Shown: positions 28,123 through 37,595, counted from the stretch's first letter. The stretch is 38,036 bases of DNA from an uncultured Phycisphaeraceae bacterium (GCA_964649825.1 CAZYQW010000109.1:1-38036); one strand, 5' to 3'. Translations and numbers: made by a program. The notes: generated from the sequence alone by a model not told the origin.

Positions 28123-28668
28123 ATGTCGTGGATTCGAACGGTCGTTCCCGACGACGCCGATCCGGAGCTCGCCCGCGCGTACGACCGAGTTCGCGACCCC
28201 GAGTCGGGTCAGCTCGACCACATCATGCAGGTCCATTCTCTGCACGTCGCGGGTCTGCATGCGCACTACGGTCTCTATGCGGCGGTGATGCGCGGCACGA
28301 GGCGCCTCCGGAAGGTCGACCGCGAAATGATCGCGCTCGTCGTCAGCCTCGAGAACGAGTGTCGCTACTGAGTGGCGCATCATCGGCGCGGTCTGCGCCG
28401 AGCGCTCCGCGACGACGATCTCGCTGCCTCGATCGAGCACGACTTCGAGCGCGCAAGGCTCGATGATCGCCGGCGCGCGATGCTGCGTTTCGCGGTCCAG
28501 CTCACGCGATCGCCGGGGCGCATGCGCCGGGCCGACGTCGACCAGCTCCGCGCGGCCGGGTTCTCGGACGTCGACGTGCTCCACATCGTCGAGGTGACGG
28601 CCTACTACGCATACGCGAACCGGATCGCCGACGGGCTTGGCATCGAGCTCGAGTCCAGCCCCGATTGA
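28123..28668 (+). CDS. AhpD/carboxymuconolactone-decarboxylase (CMD) family selenoprotein; in-frame TGA (28369-28371) read as selenocysteine
   Basis: Two same-frame ORFs are separated only by TGA. Read through, they give a full-length ~181-aa CMD/peroxidase-related protein. The TGA lies exactly at the second Cys of the family motif N-x-C-x-Y-C-x-x-x-H (here NECRY-U-VAHH). Confidence 0.7.
28384..28400 (+). promoter_or_regulatory. Candidate bacterial SECIS hairpin (cggcgc-GGUCU-gcgccg), 12 nt downstream of the UGA
   Basis: A 6-bp GC stem with apical loop GGUCU. Spacing and loop sequence resemble the E. coli fdhF SECIS apical stem-loop (..GCAGGUCUGC..). Confidence 0.5.
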
Positions 28669-28835
28669 CGTAAGCCGTTCCCAGTTCATGTCCGGCCCAT
28701 CAACTCGGCCGGCCAGCGCCTTGGTGCTGCAGTGAGCGCGTGTTACACTCCCGGCCCACTGAGCCCACGTGGCCCGGAGCCCACGGGCCCAGGGCCCATC
28801 CCGTCCCCTCCTTGGCCGAGGAGCCGCCTACGCCC

Positions 28836-30236
28836 ATGTTCATTCGCTCCCGTGCTCTCCTTCTCGCGGTCGCGTTGCTGCTCCAGACGGCGTCGGCGAC
28901 CGAGCTCGTGCGCATCGCGACGTACAACATCGAAGATCTCGGATCGTTCGGCAGCGCGCAGTCCAACGCGTTGGCGAGCGTGTTGAACCGGGTCCACGCG
29001 GACATCGTCCTGGTGCAAGAGCTGGATGACGCCGAGGGCGGCCCGTTCGGCACGTTCGGCAGCGCGAACGGGTACCCGTACTCGCGCTTCGCCGGCACGA
29101 GCGGAACGCTGACCGGCGGGCTCATGAACGGCGTGCTGTCGAAGTACCCGATCCTCTCGCACGTCAGTTGGAACGCGACGTCGATCAGCGGAGATCCGTC
29201 CGCGAACGACATCACGCGCAACGTCCTGCAGGTGACGATCTCGATCCCGAACGTCTGCGAGCCGGTGACCGTGTTCTCGCTCCACCTGAAGGCCGGATCG
29301 ACCCAGACCGACGACTTCCGCCGCGCCGTGGAGCTCATGCGTGTGAAACAGGTGGTCGAGGACTACCTGGCCCTGAACCCCAGCCACCACGTGTTCATCG
29401 GCGGCGACCTGAACGACGACGTCGGGGATGGCCCGTTCGGCGCGACGTTCAACAGCCTTCCGTCCGGACTGCCGCAGACGTACAAGCTCGGCAACGACGT
29501 CTCGTTCCCGGTCGTGTACGACCCGTTCGTCCTGCTCTCGTCGATCGGCGGCATCGGGATGCAGCCCGTCTTCGCGACGCACGAGGACAGCACCACGGTC
29601 GACGCGACGCGTACGTCGGGCCGGCGGCTGGACTACATCTACGTGAGGAAGCTGACCGCGACCAAGGGGGACGAAGTGTACTACTCCCCGGCCGACAACG
29701 GCGTCGACGACGGGCCGAGCGGCAACTGGCTCTACAAGAACGGCGTTCCGCTGCCGTCGGGCACGACCGGCGCCGCGTCCGACCACTACACGCCCTACTG
29801 CGACTACCTCATGGAGGGGTGCGATGGGTTGCGCTACGGCTTCGGCTCGGCCGGCGACCATCTGCTGATCCCGAGCGCGGGAATCAGGGGCGGCGCCGGG
29901 ATCGGCGACTCGAGCTTCGGACTGCGAGCGTTCGCCGCGAAGCCGAACGCGCCGGCGACGCTCATCCTGGGCCAGGCGAAGCTGAGCCCGCCGTTCGGGT
30001 TCTCGCTCGCGCCTTGGGTGCCGGGCGGCTCGCTCCACGTCAGCCCGGCCGGCCTGTTCGGCCTGTTCAACGTCCTCGCGGACGGAACGGGTCGAGCGAC
30101 CTTCCCGCTCCCTCTACCGTCCGACTCGAACCTGATCGGGCTGTCGCTGAACTCGCAGTGGTTCGTCGCGGACCCGGGCGCCCCGAACGGCGTCGGCGCG
30201 ATGAGCGATGCCTACGAGGTGATCGTCCAGCCGTAG
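28836..30236 (+). CDS. Secreted endonuclease/exonuclease/phosphatase (EEP) family protein with C-terminal extension
   Basis: Signal peptide MFIRSRALLLAVALLLQTASA. EEP motifs (RIATYNIEDLG, DIVLVQELDD, SLHLKAG, GGDLNDD, DYIYV). ~150-aa Gly-rich C-terminal domain. GAGGAG SD. Confidence 0.8.
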   Translation: MFIRSRALLLAVALLLQTASATELVRIATYNIEDLGSFGSAQSNALASVLNRVHADIVLVQELDDAEGGPFGTFGSANGYPYSRFAGTSGTLTGGLMNGVLSKYPILSHVSWNATSISGDPSANDITRNVLQVTISIPNVCEPVTVFSLHLKAGSTQTDDFRRAVELMRVKQVVEDYLALNPSHHVFIGGDLNDDVGDGPFGATFNSLPSGLPQTYKLGNDVSFPVVYDPFVLLSSIGGIGMQPVFATHEDSTTVDATRTSGRRLDYIYVRKLTATKGDEVYYSPADNGVDDGPSGNWLYKNGVPLPSGTTGAASDHYTPYCDYLMEGCDGLRYGFGSAGDHLLIPSAGIRGGAGIGDSSFGLRAFAAKPNAPATLILGQAKLSPPFGFSLAPWVPGGSLHVSPAGLFGLFNVLADGTGRATFPLPLPSDSNLIGLSLNSQWFVADPGAPNGVGAMSDAYEVIVQP

Positions 30237-30239
30237 CCG

Positions 30240-30277
30240 CGGCCCCCGCCGGTCGACGCGGCCCCCGCCCGTCGACG
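30240..30277. repeat. Tandem 19-bp direct repeat (cggcccccgccNgtcgacg x2) filling the convergent intergenic gap
   Basis: Seen directly between the EEP stop (30236) and the ankyrin stop (30281). Possible bidirectional terminator. Confidence 0.7.
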
Positions 30278-30280
30278 CGC

Positions 30281-31390
30281 TCACCGGGACGGCCGTCGGC
30301 GGGCCGCCCCCACCGAGAACTCCGCGATCACGCGGGCGTTTCCCTTCGCGCGCGCGACGTCGAGCGGCGTCTTTCCGTCGGCGTCGCGCGCGCGCGCGTC
30401 CCCGCCGGCCGCGAGCAGGGCGCGCAGAGCCCGCACGTTCCCGCGCGACGCCGCCTGATGAACGGCCGTCCAGCCGTGGCCGTCCGCGACGTTCGGACTC
30501 GCGCCGCGCGCCAACAGCGCGAGCGCCGGTCCGAACTGCCCCCAGCGGACCAGGTCGTTCAGGAGCGGGCGGTCGCCTTGGACCGCCCGGTCGACGTCGG
30601 CCCCGAAGCGGAGCGCAACGTCGATCGCCCCGGCGTCGTGGTTCCACGCCGCCGAGGGCAGCGCACGTGTCGCGTCCGCGCCGCGCTCGAGGAGGAGCTC
30701 GAACAGGTCGAGGTGTCCGGCCGACGCCGCGAAGTACGCCACGTCGACGATCTCCGACCAGCTCTTCACCGTCGCGTTCGGGTCCGCGCCTGCATCGAGG
30801 AGCGCGGCCGCGATCTCGAGGCGGTCGCGATCGCTCTTCGCGTCGCCACGCCCGACGCGTGACGCCGAGACGCACATCAGCGCGGTCACCCCCCCTCCGT
30901 CGCGCGCCGTCGCCGAACGGGCGTCGACCTCGACGGCTCGGCGTATCGCGGCCACGTCGAGAAACGCGGCGGCCGCGAACACGTCGACCGCGCGGCCGCG
31001 TGACGGCTTCGGCCGCAAGCGCCGGACGAACGCGTCGAGCCCCGTGAACGCCGCGACGAGCACGGCGCGCGCGGACGGCCAGCCGCCGAGCGCATCGACG
31101 TCAGCGCCGCTCTCGAGGAGCATCTCGAGACATCGCAGCCGCTCCTGCGACGGCTCGTCCCGCGAGCCGTGCGGCCGCTCCTGGATCAGGGCGTGAAGCG
31201 GACGGTATCCGCGGTGCGTCCCGTTCGGATCCGCGCCGCGCGCGAGGAGCAGGCCGAGCACTTCCGGCCGCGCGACTCGGGCCGCCTCGACGATGAGCCG
31301 CCCCTTCGCCACCCACTCCGGTCTCGCGTCCAGCGCCCGCGCGAGGAGACCTTCGTCGCCCGCTTTGACCGCTTCGACCGCGTCCTTCAT
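30281..31390 (-). CDS. Ankyrin-repeat protein
   Basis: Multiple ANK repeats (G-TPLH/A..G....V..LL..GAD.NA), e.g. GWTAVHQAASRGNVRALRALLAAGGDARARDADGKTPLDVA. GGAGG SD before MKDAVEAV. Confidence 0.8.
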   Translation of the reverse strand: MKDAVEAVKAGDEGLLARALDARPEWVAKGRLIVEAARVARPEVLGLLLARGADPNGTHRGYRPLHALIQERPHGSRDEPSQERLRCLEMLLESGADVDALGGWPSARAVLVAAFTGLDAFVRRLRPKPSRGRAVDVFAAAAFLDVAAIRRAVEVDARSATARDGGGVTALMCVSASRVGRGDAKSDRDRLEIAAALLDAGADPNATVKSWSEIVDVAYFAASAGHLDLFELLLERGADATRALPSAAWNHDAGAIDVALRFGADVDRAVQGDRPLLNDLVRWGQFGPALALLARGASPNVADGHGWTAVHQAASRGNVRALRALLAAGGDARARDADGKTPLDVARAKGNARVIAEFSVGAARRRPSR

Positions 31391-31493
31391 GATCGAGCCT
31401 CCGTGAAACGCCATCACCCCATCGGATTGTATTCGCGCGCGAGCCGCTACGATCGTGCGAGCCTGCTGCCCGCTTCTCCCAACGGCAAGTCCC

Positions 31494-32816
31494 ATGACGA
31501 TCATGCTCGCCCTCCTCGCCTGCCTCGCGTCCGGAATCGAATGGAGTCACTCGTACGACGAGGCGATCGCACGCGCGAAGGAGCAGAGCAAGGTCGTGTT
31601 CATCGCGATCAACATGGACGGCGAACGCGCCAACGACACGATCGCCGCGAAGGTGTACTCCGACAAGGCGATCGTCGACCTGACGCACGCAACCGTCAAC
31701 TTGATCGCGTCGAACGACGAGCACAAGGGCGGCACCAAGTCCTGTCCGCGCTTCGCCGGAATCCCTTGCTCCGCCCACGTGGCGGTCGACGTCGAGATTC
31801 GCGGCACCGTGGTCAAGTCGACGGCGGCGGGTTGGGTGATCGCACCGCAGCACGTGTTCTTGCGGCCGACCGGCGAGGTGATCCTGTCGGTACCGTACAC
31901 GGTCGACGCGAGCGAGCTGACCTGGTGCTTCCTCGAGGCGCAGCGCGCCGTCGACCCGTCGTTCAAGACGCGCGGCGGCCGGGCCCCCAAGCGGCTCGTG
32001 GTGGGCTCCGTCTTCGACCCGGGAGGCGGGGACGAGTCAGGAGTGATGAGCCGCGAGCGCGCCCTGGAGCTGCTCGAGGAGGCGAAGCGGACCTCGCACG
32101 ACGAGATGTCGAACCTGTTCTACCGGCTCATCACCGCGGACGAGCCCGAAGCACGCGCGTTCGCGAAGACGCAATTCGGCGCGAAATGGATGACGTACTA
32201 CGGAAACGACACGCTCGCGAAGAGCGTTCGCGCCGTCGGGGAGACGTCGCCGGCCTCCTACTGGGAGGTGATCCTCCAGCAGACGAAGGACGGCGACCCG
32301 AAGATCCGCCGCGAAGTCGCGGTCGCGATGGAGCAGCTCGCGGCTCCGGAGTCGCTCAAGGACGTGACGGGCGCCTACAAGAAGGAGAAGGAGGTGAGCG
32401 TCCAGAAGGAGTGGATCCGCGCGCTCGGCACGGTCGGCCCGTCGAGCTCGGCCGCAAGGAAAGAGCTCATGAAGGTGGCGCAGAGCGAGAAGGCCAAGAA
32501 CCTGCTCCTGCGCAAGAACGCGATCCTCGCGCTCGGATCGCTCGACCTCGACGAGGCGCTCGCCGCGGCCCTCGAAGGCTGGCTCGGCGACGAGAATCCC
32601 GAAGTTCGTCGCGCGGCCGCGTGCGCGATGGCGATCTCGCGCGATCCGCGATTCCTCGGCTCCCTCCAGGCCCGTACCGGCGACGTCGAAGCGAGAACGA
32701 CGATCGACGTCGCCATCGCGGCCTTGAAGGGCGAGGGGAAGCTGAAGGACCTCGGGACGGAGGTGGCCGCGGTCGGCGAGGACGAAGTGCCGCGCCAGCG
32801 GATCTTCGGGTGGTAG
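31494..32816 (+). CDS. Exported thioredoxin-fold domain protein fused to HEAT/PBS-lyase-type repeats
   Basis: Signal peptide MTIMLALLACLASG. N-terminal Trx-like fold segment (SYDEAIARAKEQSKVVFIAINMDGE..) but no CxxC motif (nearest Cys pair is CPRFAGIPC). C-terminal repeats (PKIRREVAVAMEQL, ENPEVRRAAACAMAI). Confidence 0.55.
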   Translation: MTIMLALLACLASGIEWSHSYDEAIARAKEQSKVVFIAINMDGERANDTIAAKVYSDKAIVDLTHATVNLIASNDEHKGGTKSCPRFAGIPCSAHVAVDVEIRGTVVKSTAAGWVIAPQHVFLRPTGEVILSVPYTVDASELTWCFLEAQRAVDPSFKTRGGRAPKRLVVGSVFDPGGGDESGVMSRERALELLEEAKRTSHDEMSNLFYRLITADEPEARAFAKTQFGAKWMTYYGNDTLAKSVRAVGETSPASYWEVILQQTKDGDPKIRREVAVAMEQLAAPESLKDVTGAYKKEKEVSVQKEWIRALGTVGPSSSAARKELMKVAQSEKAKNLLLRKNAILALGSLDLDEALAAALEGWLGDENPEVRRAAACAMAISRDPRFLGSLQARTGDVEARTTIDVAIAALKGEGKLKDLGTEVAAVGEDEVPRQRIFGW

Positions 32817-32838
32817 GGGAGCGCGGAAGCCGGTGTCG

Positions 32839-33903
32839 ATGGCTCGGTCGTGGGGACTTGTCGCACTGCTCGCGCTGACGTGCCTCTCGGTCGGCTTCGC
32901 GATCGGATTCGGCGTCGCGAACCGCCTCCGCGGTCCGGAGCGGCGCGCCCCGGGCAGCATCGAGAACGAACCGCACGGGACGCCCATCGTCGAGTCTCCT
33001 CGGTCGATCGATCCGGCGTCGGCCCGCCCGCTGGCGCCGCCCGTCGAACCGAGCTGGCGTCCCCCCGGCGTCGACGTGGCGCGCGGCTGGACGGTCGCGA
33101 CCAACGATCGGCGCGCGTCGTTGGTCGCGACGGTAAGCGCGGGGCACGACCTGCTCGACGTGGTCACCGGCATCCTCTACCGCGTCCACGGCCTCGTCGC
33201 CTCGGACCGAGACCTGGCCGAGGTCGCGATCACGGTTCGTGTCCATCGCGACGAGGTCGTCGGGCGTTTCCCGCACGGGGCGACCGAGGAGATCGAGCTC
33301 GGGACGCTGTCGCGAACCGGCCTCGGCGCGGTGCGCGACGTCCCGTCCCCCTGGCGATACGCCCTCGACGAGGTCGTTTCCGAGCGGCTCATCCGCGAGA
33401 TCGAGAACTTCCGGAGCTCGTACCTGCTCCCGTCCCGTCCCGCCGGCGAGCGCCGCGCGTGGCGGACGCGTGAACGACGTCGCGCGGAGACGGACGGGCT
33501 CGAGCCGGACCAGCGGCTGGGGAGCGAGGCCGAGCTCGCGATCGCGGCGTGGCGAGAGTTCGCCGGCTCGAGTCGAGACTGGGCGATGGGGACGGAGCGC
33601 GCCGTCCCCGACTTCGGCGAGGTCCTTGCCGCGTTCTTCGGGCGGGTCCGCGCCGAGCTCGCGGACCCCGCCGCCGCGGCGATCGTGGCGTTCGACGAGC
33701 ACGCGATCTCGTCGGCGGCGTCGGCGCTCGTCTTCGTCGTCGAGCTCACCGCGGGCGATCGCCGCGAGCGCGTCGCCTTCCTCGGTCGCGCGGACCACGA
33801 CGACGCCGCCGGCTGGCGCCTGACCCGCGTGGTGCGCCGCGACGTGGACGTGATCTCGACGTTCCCCGGGCTCGCCGAGCGCCTGCCGCCGCGGGACGAT
33901 TGA
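32839..33903 (+). CDS. Hypothetical membrane-anchored protein
   Basis: N-terminal TM helix (WGLVALLALTCLSVGFAIGFGV). No known domains. GC3-consistent coding frame. Confidence 0.5.
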   Translation: MARSWGLVALLALTCLSVGFAIGFGVANRLRGPERRAPGSIENEPHGTPIVESPRSIDPASARPLAPPVEPSWRPPGVDVARGWTVATNDRRASLVATVSAGHDLLDVVTGILYRVHGLVASDRDLAEVAITVRVHRDEVVGRFPHGATEEIELGTLSRTGLGAVRDVPSPWRYALDEVVSERLIREIENFRSSYLLPSRPAGERRAWRTRERRRAETDGLEPDQRLGSEAELAIAAWREFAGSSRDWAMGTERAVPDFGEVLAAFFGRVRAELADPAAAAIVAFDEHAISSAASALVFVVELTAGDRRERVAFLGRADHDDAAGWRLTRVVRRDVDVISTFPGLAERLPPRDD

Positions 33904-33906
33904 GCG

Positions 33907-36804
33907 TCAGTCCTCGCCGGCGGGACTCGCGCGGTCCAGCGTGCCGAGCCGAGCCTTCCAGCGCCACACCTCCTCGGGCCGAAGTCGCTCGTACAGGGCG
34001 ATCAACGCCACGATCGGCTTCTCCAGCTTCGGGCTGACCGGACCGAACCGGTCGCAGTGGCGTACGTACGACTCCAAGAGGTACGGCTCGGCCCGCTCGG
34101 GCCCGCCGGCGAGAAGGAGCTCCCCGCCCGCGTTGTGCAGCGCGAACAACGCGTCGTCGCCGTTTCGCTCCCGTTCGTCGGGCTGGAGCTCGAGCCAGGC
34201 GGCGTAGTGCATCGCGCGCGCGACGCGCGATCCGCCGGCCTTCCCGTGGAGCATCCCGAGGTCCCAGTGGGCGCGGCGAAGCTCGCCGAACGGGTCCTCC
34301 TCATGATGCCGCCGCATGAACGCGAGGGCTCGTTCGAGGTAGTCGATCGCGAGCTCGAACCGGCCGTAGTGGTGCATGATGACGCTGTATGCCCGCAGCG
34401 CGCGAGACCACATCAGGCTCGACCTCTCCGCCGTCGCCTCCAACAGAACCAGCGCCTCGTACGCGATCGGCTCGGCCTCGCCGAGCCGGCCCGTGCGGAA
34501 CCGATACTCCGCGCAGTTCAGCATCGTCTCCGCCACGTCGAGGGAGAGCTCGCCGCTCGACCGGCGCCGGCGATCGAGCGCGTCGTCGACGAGGGTGATC
34601 GCTTCCGCGAAGTTCCGCTGATCGGCCAGCGTGCGCGCGAGGAGTACCTGCTGCGTCAGCGTCTCCGGATGGTCCGGACCCATCACCGCGCGGCTTCTCG
34701 CCAGCACGTCCCGATAGAGCGTCTCGGCCTCGGCGACCCGTCCCTGCTTGTGTCGAAGCTGTGCGACGTTCCCACGCGTGATCAGCGTGTTGGGATGATC
34801 CGGGTCTCTTCGCAGGTGGAGCTCGAGGGCTCGTTCGAGCAGCGGGCCCGCCTCCTCGAAGCGGCCCCCGATCAGCAGGACGAACCCGAGGTTGTTCAGC
34901 GGCTCACACAGTCGTGGCGAGTCCGACCCGGCGACGCGCGTGATCCCGCCGACGGCGGCGCGGAACCACGTCTCCGCCTCGGCGAGCCGGTTCTGTGCCC
35001 GATAGACGCCGCCGATGTCGTTCTGCGCCGCGAACACCTCGACGTCCTCGTCGCCGCGGACGCGCCGCAGGATCTCGAACCGGCGCATGAGGACGGTGTG
35101 CGCAAGCTCGAGGCGGCCGGCGGTTTTGTGGATGACGGCGAGAACGTACAGCGTGTCGGTGTACCTCGGGTCTTCCTCGGCGAGACGCGCGCCGAAGATC
35201 TCGAGCGCGCGTTCCGCGTGTTCCAGCGCCGGGTCGAGCACGCCGAGGTGCGCGTAGACCCGTCCGATCGTCTGGTGAATCCGACCCGCGATCAAAGGAC
35301 GCTCGCCGAACCGCTCCTCCACGCCGGCCGCGCTCCGGTCGACGACGTCGCGCACCGTTTGATCGCGTGAGCCGTGCCATGGATCGCCGGACGAGAGCAT
35401 CTCGGTCAGGAAACCGGCGGTCACCTCCGCGTCGGCGAGCCCACGCTCCGCGTCCGCCTGCGCGCGCTCGGCAGCGGAGCGTTCGCGCTCGGCGTCGGCG
35501 CGTGCCACCTTGGCGTCCTCCAGCGAGCCGAGCGTGATGACGAGCGCGATCGAGAGCGCGACGAGCACCGCGGCCGTCGCCGCGACCGGGATCCGGTTGC
35601 GCTGCACGAACCGCGTCGCCCGGTAGATGACGGTGTCGCGCTGCGCCCGGACCGGGCGGCCGTCCACGAACCGTCGCAGGTCCTCGGCGAAGTCATGCAC
35701 GCTCGCGTAGCGCCGCGATGGATCGACGCGAAGCGCCATCATGACGATTCGATCGAGGTCGCCCCGCAGGGTCCGGCCCAGCGCCTTCGAGGTCGTCCGT
35801 CGGCGACGTGCGCACTCGACGGCGTCGTAGTCCGTCTGGCGCGACGCCGCGCCGCCGTCGACGGCGTAGCTCGGCGGCGCCGGCGGCTCATCGTTCACCA
35901 ACCGTTCCATCTCCGCCGGCGACAGCGACGAAAGGTCGTGTGGAAGGCGCCCCGTCAGGAGCTCGTACAGCACGACGGCAAGCGAATACTGATCGCTCGG
36001 CGGCCGGATCGTCGCCCGCCGGAACTGCTCCGGGCTCGCGTACGACGGGGTCATGTAGCCGAGCGAGTCGGTGGTCAGGGTGAGATCGCCCCCCAGCTTC
36101 TCCGGACTCAGGACTCCGGCGAGCCCGAAGTCGAGCAGTTTGGGATCGCCGTCGGGCCCGACCAGGATGTTCCCCGGCTTGAGGTCGCGGTGAATGACTC
36201 CGTTCTTGTGGGCGTGCTCCACCGCGCCGCAGACCTTGACGAAGATGCCGATGCGCTCGCGCACGTCCAACTCCGCGGCGTCGCAGTAGCGGTCGATCGG
36301 CACGCCGTCGACGTACTCCATGACGAGGTACGGAACCCCGTCCGCGTCGGCGCCGGCGTCGATCAAGCGCGCGATGTTCGGATGGACGAGCGCGGCGAGG
36401 ACGCGACGCTCGCGCCGGAAGCGGGACAGGACTTCTCCCGAGTCGAGGCCGGGGCGCACGCGCTTCACGGCCACTGTGCGGTCGAACGTGCCATCGATCC
36501 GCCGAGCGAGGAAGACCTCGCCCATTCCGCCCGCACCGATCGGCTCGCCGAGCTCGTACGCGCCGATCCGACGGGTACGCCCGGGGCTCTCGAGCACCTC
36601 GGAGTAGGCGGGGAACACCACGATCGGGTCGAGCGCGGCCTCCGACTCCTCGACCGCGATCAGACCCTCGATTTCGCGCAGCAGATCCGGATTGCCGTAC
36701 GTCCGCTCACGAAGGAACGCGCGGCGCTCGTCGGCGGGGACATCGAGGGACTCCTCGAAGAGCTGCAGCACGCGACGCTGGCGATCCGGGTCGCGCTCAG
36801 TCAT
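33907..36804 (-). CDS. Transmembrane Ser/Thr protein kinase with C-terminal TPR repeats
   Basis: Kinase motifs (GAGGMGEVFLA, VAVK, HRDLKPGNILV, DFGLA, SPEQ). One TM helix. ~550 aa of TPR-like repeats. Start overlaps the upstream ECF sigma stop by 8 nt. Confidence 0.85.
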   Translation of the reverse strand: MTERDPDRQRRVLQLFEESLDVPADERRAFLRERTYGNPDLLREIEGLIAVEESEAALDPIVVFPAYSEVLESPGRTRRIGAYELGEPIGAGGMGEVFLARRIDGTFDRTVAVKRVRPGLDSGEVLSRFRRERRVLAALVHPNIARLIDAGADADGVPYLVMEYVDGVPIDRYCDAAELDVRERIGIFVKVCGAVEHAHKNGVIHRDLKPGNILVGPDGDPKLLDFGLAGVLSPEKLGGDLTLTTDSLGYMTPSYASPEQFRRATIRPPSDQYSLAVVLYELLTGRLPHDLSSLSPAEMERLVNDEPPAPPSYAVDGGAASRQTDYDAVECARRRRTTSKALGRTLRGDLDRIVMMALRVDPSRRYASVHDFAEDLRRFVDGRPVRAQRDTVIYRATRFVQRNRIPVAATAAVLVALSIALVITLGSLEDAKVARADAERERSAAERAQADAERGLADAEVTAGFLTEMLSSGDPWHGSRDQTVRDVVDRSAAGVEERFGERPLIAGRIHQTIGRVYAHLGVLDPALEHAERALEIFGARLAEEDPRYTDTLYVLAVIHKTAGRLELAHTVLMRRFEILRRVRGDEDVEVFAAQNDIGGVYRAQNRLAEAETWFRAAVGGITRVAGSDSPRLCEPLNNLGFVLLIGGRFEEAGPLLERALELHLRRDPDHPNTLITRGNVAQLRHKQGRVAEAETLYRDVLARSRAVMGPDHPETLTQQVLLARTLADQRNFAEAITLVDDALDRRRRSSGELSLDVAETMLNCAEYRFRTGRLGEAEPIAYEALVLLEATAERSSLMWSRALRAYSVIMHHYGRFELAIDYLERALAFMRRHHEEDPFGELRRAHWDLGMLHGKAGGSRVARAMHYAAWLELQPDERERNGDDALFALHNAGGELLLAGGPERAEPYLLESYVRHCDRFGPVSPKLEKPIVALIALYERLRPEEVWRWKARLGTLDRASPAGED

Positions 36805-37363
36805 CCGCGAGCGCCTTCTGGAGCCACACGCGTGCCGACTTCCAGCGCCGCTCCGCCGTGCGGAGCTGCAGCCCGAAGTGCTCCGCGACGTCCGCCATGT
36901 CGACGCCCCCGAACAGCCTCATCTCGGCGATCTGCCCGAGCTGCTCGTCGATCTCCTCGAGCCGCTTCAACGCATCGTCGAGCACGAGGACGTCGTTCCC
37001 CGTCGCCGGCTCCGACGGCCCGGACTCGACGGACAGCGTGACGTCGCGCACCGCCCCGCCCCGCCGTTTCGCGCCCCGGCGACGCGCGTGGTCGACGAGC
37101 AGCGACCGCATCACCCGTGACGCCAGCGCGTAGAACTGCCGGCGGCTCTCCCAGTGGCCCGCTTCCGGCCGGATCAGCCGGATCCACGCGTCGTGCACGA
37201 GTTCGGTCGGGTTCAACGTGTGGTTCGCCCGCTCGTTCCCCAGGTGGCGTTGCGCGAGCTTGCGGAGCTCCGCGTGCAGGATCGGCGCGAACTCGTCACG
37301 CGCCCGCGCGTCGCCCTCGCACAGGCGTTTCAGAAGCTCCGTTGCGTCCGGTCCAGTGGCCAT
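36797..37363 (-). CDS. ECF sigma-70 factor of the Ser/Thr-kinase-associated family (TIGR02999-like)
   Basis: N-terminal TELLKRLCEGDARARDEFAPILHAELRKLA. Region 2 (HDAWIRL) and region 4 HTH (EIAEMRLFGGVDMADVAEHFG). Forms an operon with the downstream kinase. Confidence 0.85.
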   Translation of the reverse strand: MATGPDATELLKRLCEGDARARDEFAPILHAELRKLAQRHLGNERANHTLNPTELVHDAWIRLIRPEAGHWESRRQFYALASRVMRSLLVDHARRRGAKRRGGAVRDVTLSVESGPSEPATGNDVLVLDDALKRLEEIDEQLGQIAEMRLFGGVDMADVAEHFGLQLRTAERRWKSARVWLQKALADD

Positions 37364-37497
37364 CCAAGGAGGATACCTCGCGAATGCCAACCGCGACGAC
37401 GGAACGACGCCACCCCACGACCCTCCCTGCGCGCCGCGCCACGGCAGGCCGACCGGCGGGCCCCGATCCGCTTGGAATCTCGCAACTTACGGTCCGC

Positions 37498-37595
37498 GAG
37501 TCTGGGCGTCGTTCCGGACGACGCGAACAGGCGGAACGACGTGGTACGCGGGAGCGGGGACGAAGAGTTCTCCAGAGTGATACCGCGTGGAACGG
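37498..37595. repeat. Copy A of a ~98-bp direct repeat upstream of the ECF sigma gene
   Basis: gagtctgggcgtcgttccggacgacgcgaacaggcggaacgacgtggtacgcgggagcggggacgaagagttctccagagtgataccgcgtggaacgg. ~90% identical to copy B. Confidence 0.8.

Noticed and set aside
28369-28371. Interpreting the TGA as a genuine stop, giving two small genes or a pseudogene.
   Set aside because: The second ORF would begin with an unsupported GTG lacking an RBS. The two halves together form one complete CMD-fold protein. The TGA aligns with the invariant Cys of the family motif, and a SECIS-like hairpin follows at the canonical distance.
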